Shown here: positions 28,458 through 37,824 of the stretch, in pieces
Layout of the letters: the number at the start of each line of letters is the position of its first letter
Numbering within the stretch: position 1 is the stretch's first letter
From: a virus
Virus record (IMG/VR): IMGVR_UViG_3300050821_002050
Location: 4,626 to 68,625 of that record
Direction: 5' to 3' (one strand)
Length of the DNA: 64,000 nt
Made by a program: the position numbers and the translations under genes
The notes under the pieces: model-generated
What the model was told of the DNA's origin: nothing
The model's input: only the letters and a program-made list of their open reading frames with translations
The model's database searches: none

Positions 28458-29140
28458 CAGAAGCTCCTCTCGTTGGCGCTACCGATTGCAGGCACACCGC
28501 TCTGCTGGCTCGTAGACCGGAACTGCTGCGGGAAGCGCCATGCAGTCCCGCCGCGCGTGTTCGCCTGCAGCGTGGCCGCTCGACCGCGCCCGATGGCGTC
28601 GCGGAAGCGCTTGAGGTGGTAGGCACCCTGCGTCTTGTCGGTGTAGCTCTTCTCGGGCTGGGTCATCATCCTGCCGAGGAGCCCATCGAGGAGGCCGGCG
28701 TGATGCACCGGCAGCAGCCAGTCAGGCGCATCCGGGATCATGTGCTTGTCGGTCGGGAGCTTCGTGTTGACGACTACCGAGACGTTGAAGTAGCCCGTGG
28801 TGTTCGGGACGTTCTTGAACACGATGTTGGCGAAGTCAGAAGTCAACAGCGCGGGCGCACCTACTACGGCAGTGGCCGGATTGGTGTTGGGGCTGGGTAC
28901 TTGCGAGCCCCAGTCGGCGACGCCAAGGAGCCGGATGATCTGGCCCTCACTGACGAATACCGGATAGACGCGGGTCGTGGTGTTGTAGGGGACCGTGATG
29001 TCCTGCGTCCACGCCGACGTGCCGCTGAGAAACTCGGAGAGCACATCGAAGAACTCAGCAGCGAGCCCCTTGTCGGACGCGCCGACAAGTTTCACTCGCG
29101 CTAGGTTCATCAGTTGATCCCAATCCTGCCTCTGGATCAT
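28457..29140 (-). CDS. Head-tail adaptor/tail tubular A-like protein
   Basis: ATG at 29140; EFLSGTSAW..GLLGRMMTQPEKSYT; position after the capsid gene. Confidence 0.7.
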   Translation of the reverse strand: MIQRQDWDQLMNLARVKLVGASDKGLAAEFFDVLSEFLSGTSAWTQDITVPYNTTTRVYPVFVSEGQIIRLLGVADWGSQVPSPNTNPATAVVGAPALLTSDFANIVFKNVPNTTGYFNVSVVVNTKLPTDKHMIPDAPDWLLPVHHAGLLDGLLGRMMTQPEKSYTDKTQGAYHLKRFRDAIGRGRAATLQANTRGGTAWRFPQQFRSTSQQSGVPAIGSANERSF

Positions 29141-29141
29141 C

Positions 29142-29531
29142 TTAGCCTCCCTGCGCGGCGGCAGCGGCGACACCGATGGTGCCAATGAGCATGTTCGTGA
29201 AAATCTTCATGAAGGTAGCGGAGCGCTCGTCTTGGATGTCTTCCTGATCGCGCTCCAGTGCGTGCGCGCACAGTCCGTGCAAGAACGCGAGACGGAAGGG
29301 CTCCTCGATGTCGAGCAACGTGCCGTCGTTGGCTTGGAAGCTGGGGACGCCGCCCTTGGCGAAGCGACTGAACACGAACAGGTCGGGGCGCAGGCGACGG
29401 CCTTCGAGGAGGGCCACATTCATCGCGATGACAAGACTTCCGTCGTCATAGCGGTACGGCGCGATGGTGTCCTGTAGGAGCGTCCTCGCGTCGGTGATGT
29501 AGTCCGTGATCGTCAGGAGCGCCGTGGACAT
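29142..29531 (-). CDS. Head-tail connector-like protein
   Basis: ARTLLQD..RYDD..RRLRPDLF. Confidence 0.65.
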   Translation of the reverse strand: MSTALLTITDYITDARTLLQDTIAPYRYDDGSLVIAMNVALLEGRRLRPDLFVFSRFAKGGVPSFQANDGTLLDIEEPFRLAFLHGLCAHALERDQEDIQDERSATFMKIFTNMLIGTIGVAAAAAQGG

Positions 29532-29534
29532 GAC

Positions 29535-29951
29535 TTAGTCCTCGCCGAGAATGTCGACCGTGAGCGTGGTGTTGCCTGCGTAGGTGCCGGTGGACACGAC
29601 CTTCGCGCGCCACAACCGCCCGACGAGACCGTCGTTCTTCGTGTTCGCGGCGAGGGTTCCGTCGGTCGCTGCAACGGGGACCACTGCAGTCTGACGATTG
29701 ACGTTTCCGACTTCGCGGAGTGAGGCGACTGCGAAGTCGAACTCCATCACGTCGCACCACGTCACGCCTTGGTCGAACGAGGTCTGGATGTAGACCTTGC
29801 AGGTGGTGCCGCCCGACCCGTAGACGAAGTTCGCCTGCGCGGCCATGTTGAGCGGCAGCTTCTGACCGTTCGCTTTCACGTCGAACGTCTGAGAGAGAAG
29901 GGTCGCCGCAGCCGTGATTACCGTCGCGGGGAGTAGGGAAGTGACAGCCAT
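29535..29951 (-). CDS. Putative capsid decoration or minor virion protein
   Basis: GGAGG RBS; beta-rich; directly after the capsid gene. Confidence 0.6.
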   Translation of the reverse strand: MAVTSLLPATVITAAATLLSQTFDVKANGQKLPLNMAAQANFVYGSGGTTCKVYIQTSFDQGVTWCDVMEFDFAVASLREVGNVNRQTAVVPVAATDGTLAANTKNDGLVGRLWRAKVVSTGTYAGNTTLTVDILGED

Positions 29952-29961
29952 GGAAACCTCC

Positions 29962-30002
29962 AAAAAATAAGGGCCCCAGAGAATTACCTCGGGGGCCCTT
30001 AA
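29962..30002 (-). terminator. Rho-independent terminator after the major capsid gene
   Basis: Minus strand reads TAAGGGCCCC..GGGGCCCTTA followed by TTTTTT. Confidence 0.75.
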
Positions 30003-30020
30003 GAGTTGGTTTACGTCCGA

Positions 30021-31031
30021 TTAGGAGTTCGGCGTGACCTGCGCCTGCACGAGCGCTTTTCCGTCAACGACCTGATAGCCGTAAACTTGTAGACCACGCA
30101 GGATTTGACCGAAGGTCAGCTCCGATCGAAGGGTCTCTACCTTCGAAATTTGCGACGCGAACGTAAGTCCATGCGCGTGGCCCGCGAAGATCGGCCATTC
30201 ACCAGCGTTGAAGTTCGTGCTGTCCGTCGAGTTGTTGGGCAGCAGGTTGCTGATGTAGATGGTGAAGCGATCGACCATGCCGAGACGCCCGTTGCGGAGC
30301 ATCGAGACGCTGTCGCCGCTCAAGTAAGCCTGACGGAGTTCGGACTGCTTGATCATCCTCCCCGCCCAGCTCGGCATCACGACCCATCTTCCCACCTCGG
30401 GAATATTCTGTTCGTCGAGCACTTGGCCCATACGCATCAGAACATCGAGGAGTTCGATGTCGCCCACGCCCGGGTTCTTCGACACGACCGAGAGAGGCGT
30501 GCCCTTGACACCGAGGTTGACGTTGCCGGTGATGACGCCCGCTGCCGTACCACGGTTCGCGGAGACCATCTGGTTGACAATGCCGTCGAGCACATCGCTG
30601 TCGACGGTGATCTTCAACTGCTGTGCGGCGTCGTCGGACCACATGGACAAGATGTTGAGATCGCTCTGGATTTCCATCACGTCGTCGAGGACGAGAGAGA
30701 AATATTTGCCGTTGCCGATGAACAACTCGACCGTGCCACCCGTCGGGCGGTCAAGGTTGAGCAGACCGTCCGAAGAATAGTTTCGGATGGTGATGGTCGG
30801 CTTGGTACGGATTTTCACGCGGTCGCCGTGGTTGCGAATTTCGCCCTCGTAGTCCGTGTTCGAGATCGCAGCGAGCACAGTCGAGGCGTAGAACTTCTCA
30901 ACCAGCTTGCCACTCCAGATTTCCGGAATGAAGCCAGTGGACTGCAGTGAGTTGGGCGAGCTACCTACGGGATAGATCGCGGGAGTAGAGCCCGACGTTG
31001 CGCCGGGAAAACCTGCACTAGGAATGGACAT
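30021..31031 (-). CDS. Major capsid protein
   Basis: FIPEIWSGKLVEKFY..NTDYEGEI..GDRVKIR..RGLQVYG; follows the scaffold gene and precedes a terminator. Confidence 0.9.
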   Translation of the reverse strand: MSIPSAGFPGATSGSTPAIYPVGSSPNSLQSTGFIPEIWSGKLVEKFYASTVLAAISNTDYEGEIRNHGDRVKIRTKPTITIRNYSSDGLLNLDRPTGGTVELFIGNGKYFSLVLDDVMEIQSDLNILSMWSDDAAQQLKITVDSDVLDGIVNQMVSANRGTAAGVITGNVNLGVKGTPLSVVSKNPGVGDIELLDVLMRMGQVLDEQNIPEVGRWVVMPSWAGRMIKQSELRQAYLSGDSVSMLRNGRLGMVDRFTIYISNLLPNNSTDSTNFNAGEWPIFAGHAHGLTFASQISKVETLRSELTFGQILRGLQVYGYQVVDGKALVQAQVTPNS

Positions 31032-31112
31032 GGAAGCGTCCCCCTCAAGTTGGAATGGATGGAGGGGGCCGCTTTCAATTCATGTCAGAGCATGCGTGTG
31101 AGAGCCCCCGGT

Positions 31113-32243
31113 TTACCGGATGCGCCCTTCTCGCTGTGCCGCTGAGAGATCAGCTTGGATGGCGTCGTACTCAGCCTTGCGACCGTCGTAGTAGCCCTTC
31201 CTACTATCCTCATAGAACTTCGAGATTTGAGCGCGTGTGTAGATCGGCTTCTCACTGGGCACCGCGCTTTCGCCCGATGCCGGTTTGGCCCTGCCGGGGG
31301 CTGCGAGCGTCTCAAGAGCTACAGCGGGACTTCGAGGAGCGGCGAGGGGAGCCTGCTGTTCGGTCTGCTGTGTCTGAGCCGTCTGGCCCGTGGCGTGTGC
31401 TTCCCGAAGGAAGTCGTGGAAGAACTGCAACACGAGCGGGGCATCAGCGCCGTCGACAGCCGCGTTCAACATGTCGTTTCGTATCTGACGTGTGTAAATA
31501 TTCGGTAAACGGAGCCACGTCTTGAAACGAGTGTCCCTGTTGATCTGTCGCCACTGCGGAAGCTTGCCGTCGAGGTACGCGAACAACTCGCGCTTCGCGG
31601 TGCTTTTTACTTGCTGTGTAAGGCGTTGGTTCTCGTCGTGGAGGCGTTGCAATTCAGGTTGCACAGCCTCACGTCCTGCACGCCTAGCGAGATCAATAAG
31701 CTCGTCGCCGTAGTCCTGCCGGTCCTGATCCGTAATCAACTTTTCGTGATCGGGAGGGGTATTTTGCATGTAGCCTGTCCGAGTTGGACTGGCCGTGGGC
31801 ATGCCCTGATTGAAGGCTGCCAACTGATTTTGGACGTGCTGCAGCTCAGCCCCGAGCTGCGCCATCTGGGTCTCCATGGACCCGATCGTCACTTTTTGAG
31901 CGTTGAACCGACCCTGCATCGAGAGAAATCGGTGCCGCCAATCCTCGGCGGAGACGTTCTCATCACCCGGTTTTAGGGCCTCTGGCGGGGGTGTTTGAGC
32001 CGTTTGCGGGGGTGTTTTGGGCTCTTGCGGGGGTGTTTGGGCCGTTTGCGGAGCTTGCGGGGGAGTTTCAGCCGGGGGCGAGGCCGGAGCCGCCTCGACT
32101 GGGGTTGGTTTGGCATAGAGCCGCTTGTGGAGTTCATCCGCCTCCTTGCCCCGTGCGGTGACGCTGTCGGGGATACGGACATTCGGATCGACGGGGATAC
32201 CTTTGGTGTTGTCAAGGGGTTGGAGTGCTGCAGCAGTTGACAT
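31113..32243 (-). CDS. Capsid scaffolding protein
   Basis: AAGGAG RBS; Pro-rich repeats, coiled coil and C-terminal AAQREGRIR; directly upstream of the capsid gene. Confidence 0.75.
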   Translation of the reverse strand: MSTAAALQPLDNTKGIPVDPNVRIPDSVTARGKEADELHKRLYAKPTPVEAAPASPPAETPPQAPQTAQTPPQEPKTPPQTAQTPPPEALKPGDENVSAEDWRHRFLSMQGRFNAQKVTIGSMETQMAQLGAELQHVQNQLAAFNQGMPTASPTRTGYMQNTPPDHEKLITDQDRQDYGDELIDLARRAGREAVQPELQRLHDENQRLTQQVKSTAKRELFAYLDGKLPQWRQINRDTRFKTWLRLPNIYTRQIRNDMLNAAVDGADAPLVLQFFHDFLREAHATGQTAQTQQTEQQAPLAAPRSPAVALETLAAPGRAKPASGESAVPSEKPIYTRAQISKFYEDSRKGYYDGRKAEYDAIQADLSAAQREGRIR

Positions 32244-32269
32244 GGTAACTCCTTATGAACGCAGGCGTT

Positions 32270-32509
32270 TTACGGCTGTGGGTTCGGTTGTTTTGGGGGG
32301 TTGCGGCACTCCCGGAAGGTCTTCAGCAGGTGCAGGAATGCCTGTGCTTTGCCCTGCTGGACGAGGATGGTGTTCTGTTCTGCTTGGGTTACGGCCACCG
32401 TAACTTCGGTCGCGTAGGCGTCGAAAAACTGAACGAACGCATCCCATTCCTTGGGGGCGGCGTTCGCTAAGTTTCGGGAAAGCTGGGATAAAATCTGGGT
32501 GCTATTCAC
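32270..32509 (-). CDS. Hypothetical protein in the head module
   Basis: GTGA coupling; QQGKAQAF motif. Confidence 0.65.
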   Translation of the reverse strand: MNSTQILSQLSRNLANAAPKEWDAFVQFFDAYATEVTVAVTQAEQNTILVQQGKAQAFLHLLKTFRECRNPPKQPNPQP

Positions 32510-32721
32510 GCGATTGCGTTTCCGGTCCAATCCCCGGAGCCAAGCCCATCAGGCTCGGGTGCGGGCTGGGCCATTGGGGTTGCCTTGCCGTATGACTGGA
32601 AATCGGGCTGCGAGGAGCCGCCGCTGGCGGCACCGGGGAGCATGCGCTGCGAAGACCCCTTGTTCGGGGACTTGACAAGCGATCCGCCCTTCGTGAGCGG
32701 GGTCATGTGTTTCTTGAACAT
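32506..32721 (-). CDS. Small basic low-complexity protein
   Basis: GGAGG RBS; shares YGK.P.A with its neighbour. Confidence 0.6.
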   Translation of the reverse strand: MFKKHMTPLTKGGSLVKSPNKGSSQRMLPGAASGGSSQPDFQSYGKATPMAQPAPEPDGLGSGDWTGNAIA

Positions 32722-32948
32722 CAGATGCCTCCAAGTCGGCCCGGCCCATACGGGGAGGGCGACGGTTGCGCGCCGGCCATCGGCATCGCCGATGGTGCGG
32801 ACTTTCCGTAGTCGCGGGTGCTCTTCGTGATCGAAGACACGCGCGGCTTGCGCGCTGCTCCAGACGGACCATCAGCCGAGACCGACCCCGGGTTGGGGAC
32901 GGTCTTCGGCGCAACGGTCTGCATCGGTTTGATGGTGGCTTTGAACAT
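32721..32948 (-). CDS. Small basic low-complexity protein
   Basis: Coupled; MFK start and DYGKSAP. Confidence 0.6.
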   Translation of the reverse strand: MFKATIKPMQTVAPKTVPNPGSVSADGPSGAARKPRVSSITKSTRDYGKSAPSAMPMAGAQPSPSPYGPGRLGGI

Positions 32949-33217
32949 TACCGTGCTCCGGTAATGCCCGCCGTCGCGGAGACCGCGCCCTGATAGCCGA
33001 ACATCTTGCCGCTTCCGCCTTTGGCGAACTTGTCGCCCGTACCTGCGCTGTCATCACCCTGATCGGTGTTGCCAGCAGTCTTGACGCCTGCAGCTTCCTG
33101 CGGCGCAGTGACAGTACGGTCGCCCTTGCCGAACATCGGGGTCTTGCCCCCCTTGGCAAAGTCAGCATTCTTTTCGGTGTGCTTCTGGAAGCCGCCGTTG
33201 AGAGAATTCTTGGACAT
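32948..33217 (-). CDS. Small protein with two FAKGG..MFG repeats
   Basis: GGAGA RBS before ATG at 33217. Confidence 0.65.
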   Translation of the reverse strand: MSKNSLNGGFQKHTEKNADFAKGGKTPMFGKGDRTVTAPQEAAGVKTAGNTDQGDDSAGTGDKFAKGGSGKMFGYQGAVSATAGITGAR

Positions 33218-33229
33218 GGTTGTCTCCAT

Positions 33230-33260
33230 AAAAAAATCGGGACGGCGTGAGCCATCCCGA
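33230..33260 (-). terminator. Rho-independent terminator after the glycosylation cassette
   Basis: Minus strand reads TCGGGATGGC-TCAC-GCCGTCCCGA followed by TTTTTTT. Confidence 0.7.
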
Positions 33261-33280
33261 GGAGAGTTACCTGATGGGGG

Positions 33281-33295
33281 TTAAGGAGCCCTTAA
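33281..33295. promoter_or_regulatory. CtrA-type box TTAA-GGAGCCC-TTAA upstream of the head genes
   Basis: Perfect intergenic TTAA-N7-TTAA. Confidence 0.75.
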
Positions 33296-33299
33296 TCGG

Positions 33300-33866
33300 C
33301 TATCTGATGCCTACGATGAGACATTCTGGCTTCACCGACGAGCACGCGGCAACGCTATCGAAGCCACGTAGGTGGTCGAAGATACCGTGGTCTACTGACC
33401 CGTTCGGCATCTTGTAGGGACACACGTCTTCCATGAAGTAGTAGCCGCCCGGGATCAGCCAGTTTACCAGTTGGTTGGCCAACTGGATTTGTGGCGCGGG
33501 GTCATGGACTGCATCGTCGATGATCACATCGAAGGGCTGGCCCCCGAACCCTAGTAGAGCGTTGTGCAGAGCGTCTTGCGAATAGGCGTCACATAGGGCA
33601 GTACGGATGCGGCGCTGATCGTTGAAGATAAAGGTACCGTCGTTGTCGATGCCAAAAATCTCAGCATTCGGGAAATAGTCCCGCCACACGAATAGACTTG
33701 CCCCCACGACATTGTTAGGAATGTCCCGGTGACCGCAGATGCCGATCTCCAGCACCCGACGGACGTGGAAGCGGCTTCGTTCAAGACACTGCTCGTAGTA
33801 GGGCGTGTACCCCCAGATGCCTTTGTCAGTGCCGTACTGCACGAATAGTTTCTCTAGCAGGCTCAT
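33300..33866 (-). CDS. Class I SAM-dependent methyltransferase, sugar O-methyltransferase-like (MycE/TylE type)
   Basis: YGTDK, VLEIGI, GASL..WRDYFPNAEIFGID, FDVIIDDAVH. Confidence 0.8.
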   Translation of the reverse strand: MSLLEKLFVQYGTDKGIWGYTPYYEQCLERSRFHVRRVLEIGICGHRDIPNNVVGASLFVWRDYFPNAEIFGIDNDGTFIFNDQRRIRTALCDAYSQDALHNALLGFGGQPFDVIIDDAVHDPAPQIQLANQLVNWLIPGGYYFMEDVCPYKMPNGSVDHGIFDHLRGFDSVAACSSVKPECLIVGIR

Positions 33867-34522
33867 TGTTTCAACTCCAGATTTGTGAAGAGGCTCACGT
33901 CATGGTCAGCCTTGTACCAATGGATGGGCAACTTCGGGTAAGCGTGCTCTACCCGGGCCCACGTGTTGACTTCCCACTCGACAGACTTAGTCTTCGAGAC
34001 GTGCTGGCGGGCGGCAATGCGCACATGGAAATCAAATGTGTCGACGTATTTGCGAGGTACCGCAACTACCGAGCCGCAAAAACGCCAATTGACTTCCGCA
34101 GCTTCGACGACCCTCTTGTCCCAGCACCCGGGAATATAGATGGCCTTGTCATCGACCTTCTCCATGAACTCGTAGATCGCTTGGTTGCTGACGCCCGGCA
34201 GATGAAAAATGCCGTAGTCCACCCATACAAGGATGTCGGCTTCCGGGTCTTCATCGGCAGCCTGCACGAGCCAAGTGGTTTTCTGGTGGTTGACGGCGTG
34301 GTACGCAAGCGTGTTCTTGGCGGGATTGTCGCCCTGACTTGCACGCGGCGTGAAGGGGAGCTTGTTGATGTACTTGTTCATCCACAGGTCGGGGAGAGTG
34401 TTGTAAAAACACTTCTTACGCACAGGGACCCCGCCGAGCTTCTCGCCGAGGGCTCCGTACTCCTCGGGACCGCGAGGATGGTTTGGGATCGGCACATAGG
34501 CCGTGACTAACTTAGCTCTCAT
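33863..34522 (-). CDS. HtrL/WlaTC-like glycosyltransferase
   Basis: LVTAY, WVDYGIFH, VNWRFCGS, WEVNTWA, WYKADHD. Confidence 0.75.
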   Translation of the reverse strand: MRAKLVTAYVPIPNHPRGPEEYGALGEKLGGVPVRKKCFYNTLPDLWMNKYINKLPFTPRASQGDNPAKNTLAYHAVNHQKTTWLVQAADEDPEADILVWVDYGIFHLPGVSNQAIYEFMEKVDDKAIYIPGCWDKRVVEAAEVNWRFCGSVVAVPRKYVDTFDFHVRIAARQHVSKTKSVEWEVNTWARVEHAYPKLPIHWYKADHDVSLFTNLELKQ

Positions 34523-36536
34523 AAAATTTCCAAATCATCTGTGCCACTTCCTCAACCTTCACAGTGCCCAGATGGGCTTCGGCATCGCGTATGCCGTATG
34601 AGAGGATCAGATCGTCGCCGTTGGGGTGATACGCGAGACCAGCGCAGAACTCGATCTGCTTGTCCAAGAAGACGAACGGCAGACTGAGACGGCGAAGTTC
34701 AAAGTCGTGGTTGAGCCACGCGAAGCGGTGCCAGTAGGTGCGCTTGCCGTTGCACGGATCAACCGACGCTTCGTGCACGACCATTAGCCAGCCACTACGG
34801 AACGGGATCGCTTGTGAGCCGCCGCTGATGTCGCCGACGCGCACTTTGGCTTCGTGCTTCTCGATGATGACTTCATCCCCATCAAGAAAACCGGGGCGGG
34901 ACTTAGTCTGCGCGATCTTGTCGAGCCGATAGACGTAGGAGTTGAGACCTTGGATAGGCATCCAGTTCTTCTCGACCGCGTGCTGATCGGTCATGCTCCG
35001 GGCGTTGACCACACGCCAGCGGAAGCCATCGCGGATCAACCGTCCTTCCCACTGTTGACAGGTCCCGGTGGCGCACTGCTCGCGAACACAGGCGTTAAAC
35101 CATAACTCGTTCGCGTGGGACTGGAGGCGGATGTCTTCGAGACCTGTAACCATCTCCCACACAGGCTCCCGCACCCAGTCCACCTCCCGGCAGGCCACCA
35201 CTGACAGTCCGTCGTCCAACTCGGCGATGAAGTTACGGGTGTCGATCGGGGCATCGTGACACTCCTTCGGGCCGATCATGTAGCGACCGTGCTCGTCGAT
35301 CTTGTAGTTGACCGTGCGAATGTTGCAGAGGATTTCCCCCTCGTGGATCACAACCGACGGGTTCATTGCCGTGTATCCGACAGGCGGGGTGAACTCGATC
35401 TTCTTGTCAGAAAATGATGGGCAATATTCTGACAGCGGTTTGAGGAACCACCAGAGGTTCGAGCGACAGGACCAGCGATCGGCATCATTGAGCGTTGGAT
35501 CGAGCGACAGGTCATCGGTCATCTGGAACGCAGCGTTGCGCTCCTTGTCGTCGTAGTAGCCCGCGACCGCATACTCGTAGCGGAGCCCGTGGGCGTAGAC
35601 GTAGTCGTTTACGAAGAGGAGATCATTGGGCCGTGGGATATTCATACCGTGCTTGGCGAACATGAGCGCGAGAGCTGTCGGTCCAGTCTCGCGGTAGTGC
35701 CGAGCAAGCTCATAGAGCGGCTCGGCGCGTCGTGGTCTGAACTGGTAAGCATCCAACATACCGGTGACGAAGCCAGATATGTCCTTCAGCTCCCGCAGCG
35801 ACTTGGCGCGGAACATCTTGGACTGATGAACTTCTTCGTCCCAGCCGTCCGCAGCGATGTGCTTGTCGTAGGCGGCGACGGCTTTCTCGTGCTGGCCTGC
35901 CTCGTGGTAGGTGTTGCCGAGGTAGAACATGTACCGCGAATTATGTGGCTCGTCGATCAGGCCCTGTTCCAGCAGGCGCGCGTCGCGCTCGTATTTGCCG
36001 GGTCGGTTCGCACCGTCGCCGTGGTCGGCGAAGTAGATGTCGGCAGCGTCGATACTGCCATTACACTCCAAGTCAATGTACTCGTGTGTGACGCCGACGT
36101 AGGGCTCGTCCTTGCCGACCTGAAGGTTAATCAACCTACGATTGAAGTAGGAGATCGCTCCGCCCTTCTGGGTCATGTTGTACGACACAGCACGCGCGTT
36201 CAGATCGAAGAACGGCTTCTCGTTATTGACGACAAGCTCCATGTCCGCGTCCATCAGGAGCGCGAACTGGCACCACGCCATGTCCTTGTTGAACTCTTTA
36301 GCGAGCTTGAAGGCGTCGTTGCGCGCCTGCGAGTAGTTGACGAACTCGCCCTCGGCGATGACGTAGTGCACGCGGTACTGCTGGCACATTCGCTCGATGA
36401 CTTCCTTGGTGTCATCGGTCGAGCCGGTGTCGAGTATCGCGACGGCTTTGACGTGGGGGAGAACAGAACGAAGGGCACGCCCAATGCGCGCACCTTCATT
36501 CTTGACGATCATGTTCAAACACAGAGATGGTTTCAT
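34512..36536 (-). CDS. GT2 glycosyltransferase with TPR repeats and C-terminal beta-propeller (GH130/GH43-like) domain
   Basis: ATG at 36536. LCLNMIVKNE, DTGSTDDT, QARN, MDAD (DxD), THEY; TPR RYMFYLGNTY; propeller motifs NPSV, GLEDIRL, EKNWMP, IEFCAGL. Confidence 0.85.
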   Translation of the reverse strand: MKPSLCLNMIVKNEGARIGRALRSVLPHVKAVAILDTGSTDDTKEVIERMCQQYRVHYVIAEGEFVNYSQARNDAFKLAKEFNKDMAWCQFALLMDADMELVVNNEKPFFDLNARAVSYNMTQKGGAISYFNRRLINLQVGKDEPYVGVTHEYIDLECNGSIDAADIYFADHGDGANRPGKYERDARLLEQGLIDEPHNSRYMFYLGNTYHEAGQHEKAVAAYDKHIAADGWDEEVHQSKMFRAKSLRELKDISGFVTGMLDAYQFRPRRAEPLYELARHYRETGPTALALMFAKHGMNIPRPNDLLFVNDYVYAHGLRYEYAVAGYYDDKERNAAFQMTDDLSLDPTLNDADRWSCRSNLWWFLKPLSEYCPSFSDKKIEFTPPVGYTAMNPSVVIHEGEILCNIRTVNYKIDEHGRYMIGPKECHDAPIDTRNFIAELDDGLSVVACREVDWVREPVWEMVTGLEDIRLQSHANELWFNACVREQCATGTCQQWEGRLIRDGFRWRVVNARSMTDQHAVEKNWMPIQGLNSYVYRLDKIAQTKSRPGFLDGDEVIIEKHEAKVRVGDISGGSQAIPFRSGWLMVVHEASVDPCNGKRTYWHRFAWLNHDFELRRLSLPFVFLDKQIEFCAGLAYHPNGDDLILSYGIRDAEAHLGTVKVEEVAQMIWKFYES

Positions 36537-36571
36537 GTCACACCGAGTTGGGGATCGGGGGGACTGGAGGG

Positions 36572-37192
36572 TTAGCCTTTGAACCCTCCAGTGGAGATTT
36601 TGAGTTTGCCGACACCGGTCTGACCACCGGGGTTCCAAACTGCACCGGCAAAGCCGGGGTCTTGCGTGGGCGGAAACCAGACCGTGGTCGTGTTGAGCGG
36701 CCCGTATGCACCGGAGAACTGCGACCGTGCACCAGTCGCGCCGGTCGGGCCGGTTGCGCCAGTGTTGGACGTGTTTCCGGTATTGCCGGTGTTGCCCGTG
36801 CTCGACCCGACGCCGCCAGTTGCGCCAGTAGGTCCGGTGATGCCAGTCGTCGCGCCGTTCTGCGTGACGGACGGCGTCGGACCAACCGGACCAAGCGGAC
36901 CCTGCGGCCCAGATGCTCCGGTGTTGCCGACAAGCGCCACGTTGGCCGGGCCCTGCGGGCTTGAACCCGTCGGACCAGTCGGGCCAGTCGAGCTGGCACC
37001 AGTGGCGAGCGGACCTTGCGGGCCCGTCGGTCCCCGGAAGCCGGGGATGTTCTTGAAGTTGATCAGGTCAACTACTTCCTTGAGGACAGCCGGGATGCGG
37101 TTGTCATCATAGTTCTGCTTGACCCTCGTCTTGTTGTCTGGATCAGGAGTGATCGGGACCCCAAGGACGTTGACACCAACTGGGTTCGTCAT
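36572..37192 (-). CDS. Collagen-like protein
   Basis: AGGAG RBS; G-X-T triplets. Shares NYD..LK.VVD.IN and PPT.DP..G.VWN with its neighbour. Confidence 0.85.
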   Translation of the reverse strand: MTNPVGVNVLGVPITPDPDNKTRVKQNYDDNRIPAVLKEVVDLINFKNIPGFRGPTGPQGPLATGASSTGPTGPTGSSPQGPANVALVGNTGASGPQGPLGPVGPTPSVTQNGATTGITGPTGATGGVGSSTGNTGNTGNTSNTGATGPTGATGARSQFSGAYGPLNTTTVWFPPTQDPGFAGAVWNPGGQTGVGKLKISTGGFKG

Positions 37193-37204
37193 CTGTCTCT
37201 CCTA

Positions 37205-37726
37205 TTAGCCAGCAGAGACAGTGAGGACGCCCGCGTTGTTCCAGACCTGCCCGTTCGCGTGCGGATCGGAAGTCGGCGGCACGATGATCACGCCTACCGT
37301 TCCACTCGGCCCAGTCGGCCCAGTTGCGCCGGTTTGACCCTGTGCGCCGGTAGGTCCAGTGACGCCGACGCCAGTCGGTCCTGTGTTGCCAGTAGGTCCA
37401 GTAGCACCAGACCCCTGCGGCCCAGTCGCGCCGACAGGACCCTGCGGCCCAGTAGCACCGAAGCCGGTCGGGCCAGTGGCTCCAGTAGCACCTGCTGCAC
37501 CGACAGAACCAACGGGACCTTGCGTACCAACCGACGGGCCAGTCGCCCCAGTTGCGCCGCTCGGGCCAGTGTTGCCAGTTGCGCCAGTAGCTGCGCCAGT
37601 CGCCCCGGTGTTGCCGGTGACGCCCGTCGGGCCGCCTACAGAACCAGAGTTGATTACGTCAACCACCTGCTTGAGGATGTTCCCCAGCATGTTGCGGTCG
37701 TAGTTGCGGCTCGAAAGAATTGTCAT
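37205..37726 (-). CDS. Collagen-like protein
   Basis: About 35 G-P/A/N-T triplets; paralogue of the 36572 gene. Confidence 0.85.
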   Translation of the reverse strand: MTILSSRNYDRNMLGNILKQVVDVINSGSVGGPTGVTGNTGATGAATGATGNTGPSGATGATGPSVGTQGPVGSVGAAGATGATGPTGFGATGPQGPVGATGPQGSGATGPTGNTGPTGVGVTGPTGAQGQTGATGPTGPSGTVGVIIVPPTSDPHANGQVWNNAGVLTVSAG

Positions 37727-37796
37727 GGTAGTCCCCTGTCAGCGAGAGCTGGCCTCGGCAGAAGCCGAACGTGCATCGAGGACTAGGGGATAAACG

Positions 37797-37811
37797 TTAG
37801 GAACACGTTAA
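37797..37811. promoter_or_regulatory. Near-consensus CtrA-type box TTAG-GAACACG-TTAA upstream of the collagen/glycosylation cassette
   Basis: One mismatch; intergenic. Confidence 0.55.
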
Positions 37812-37824
37812 GGCGGTGTAAGAA

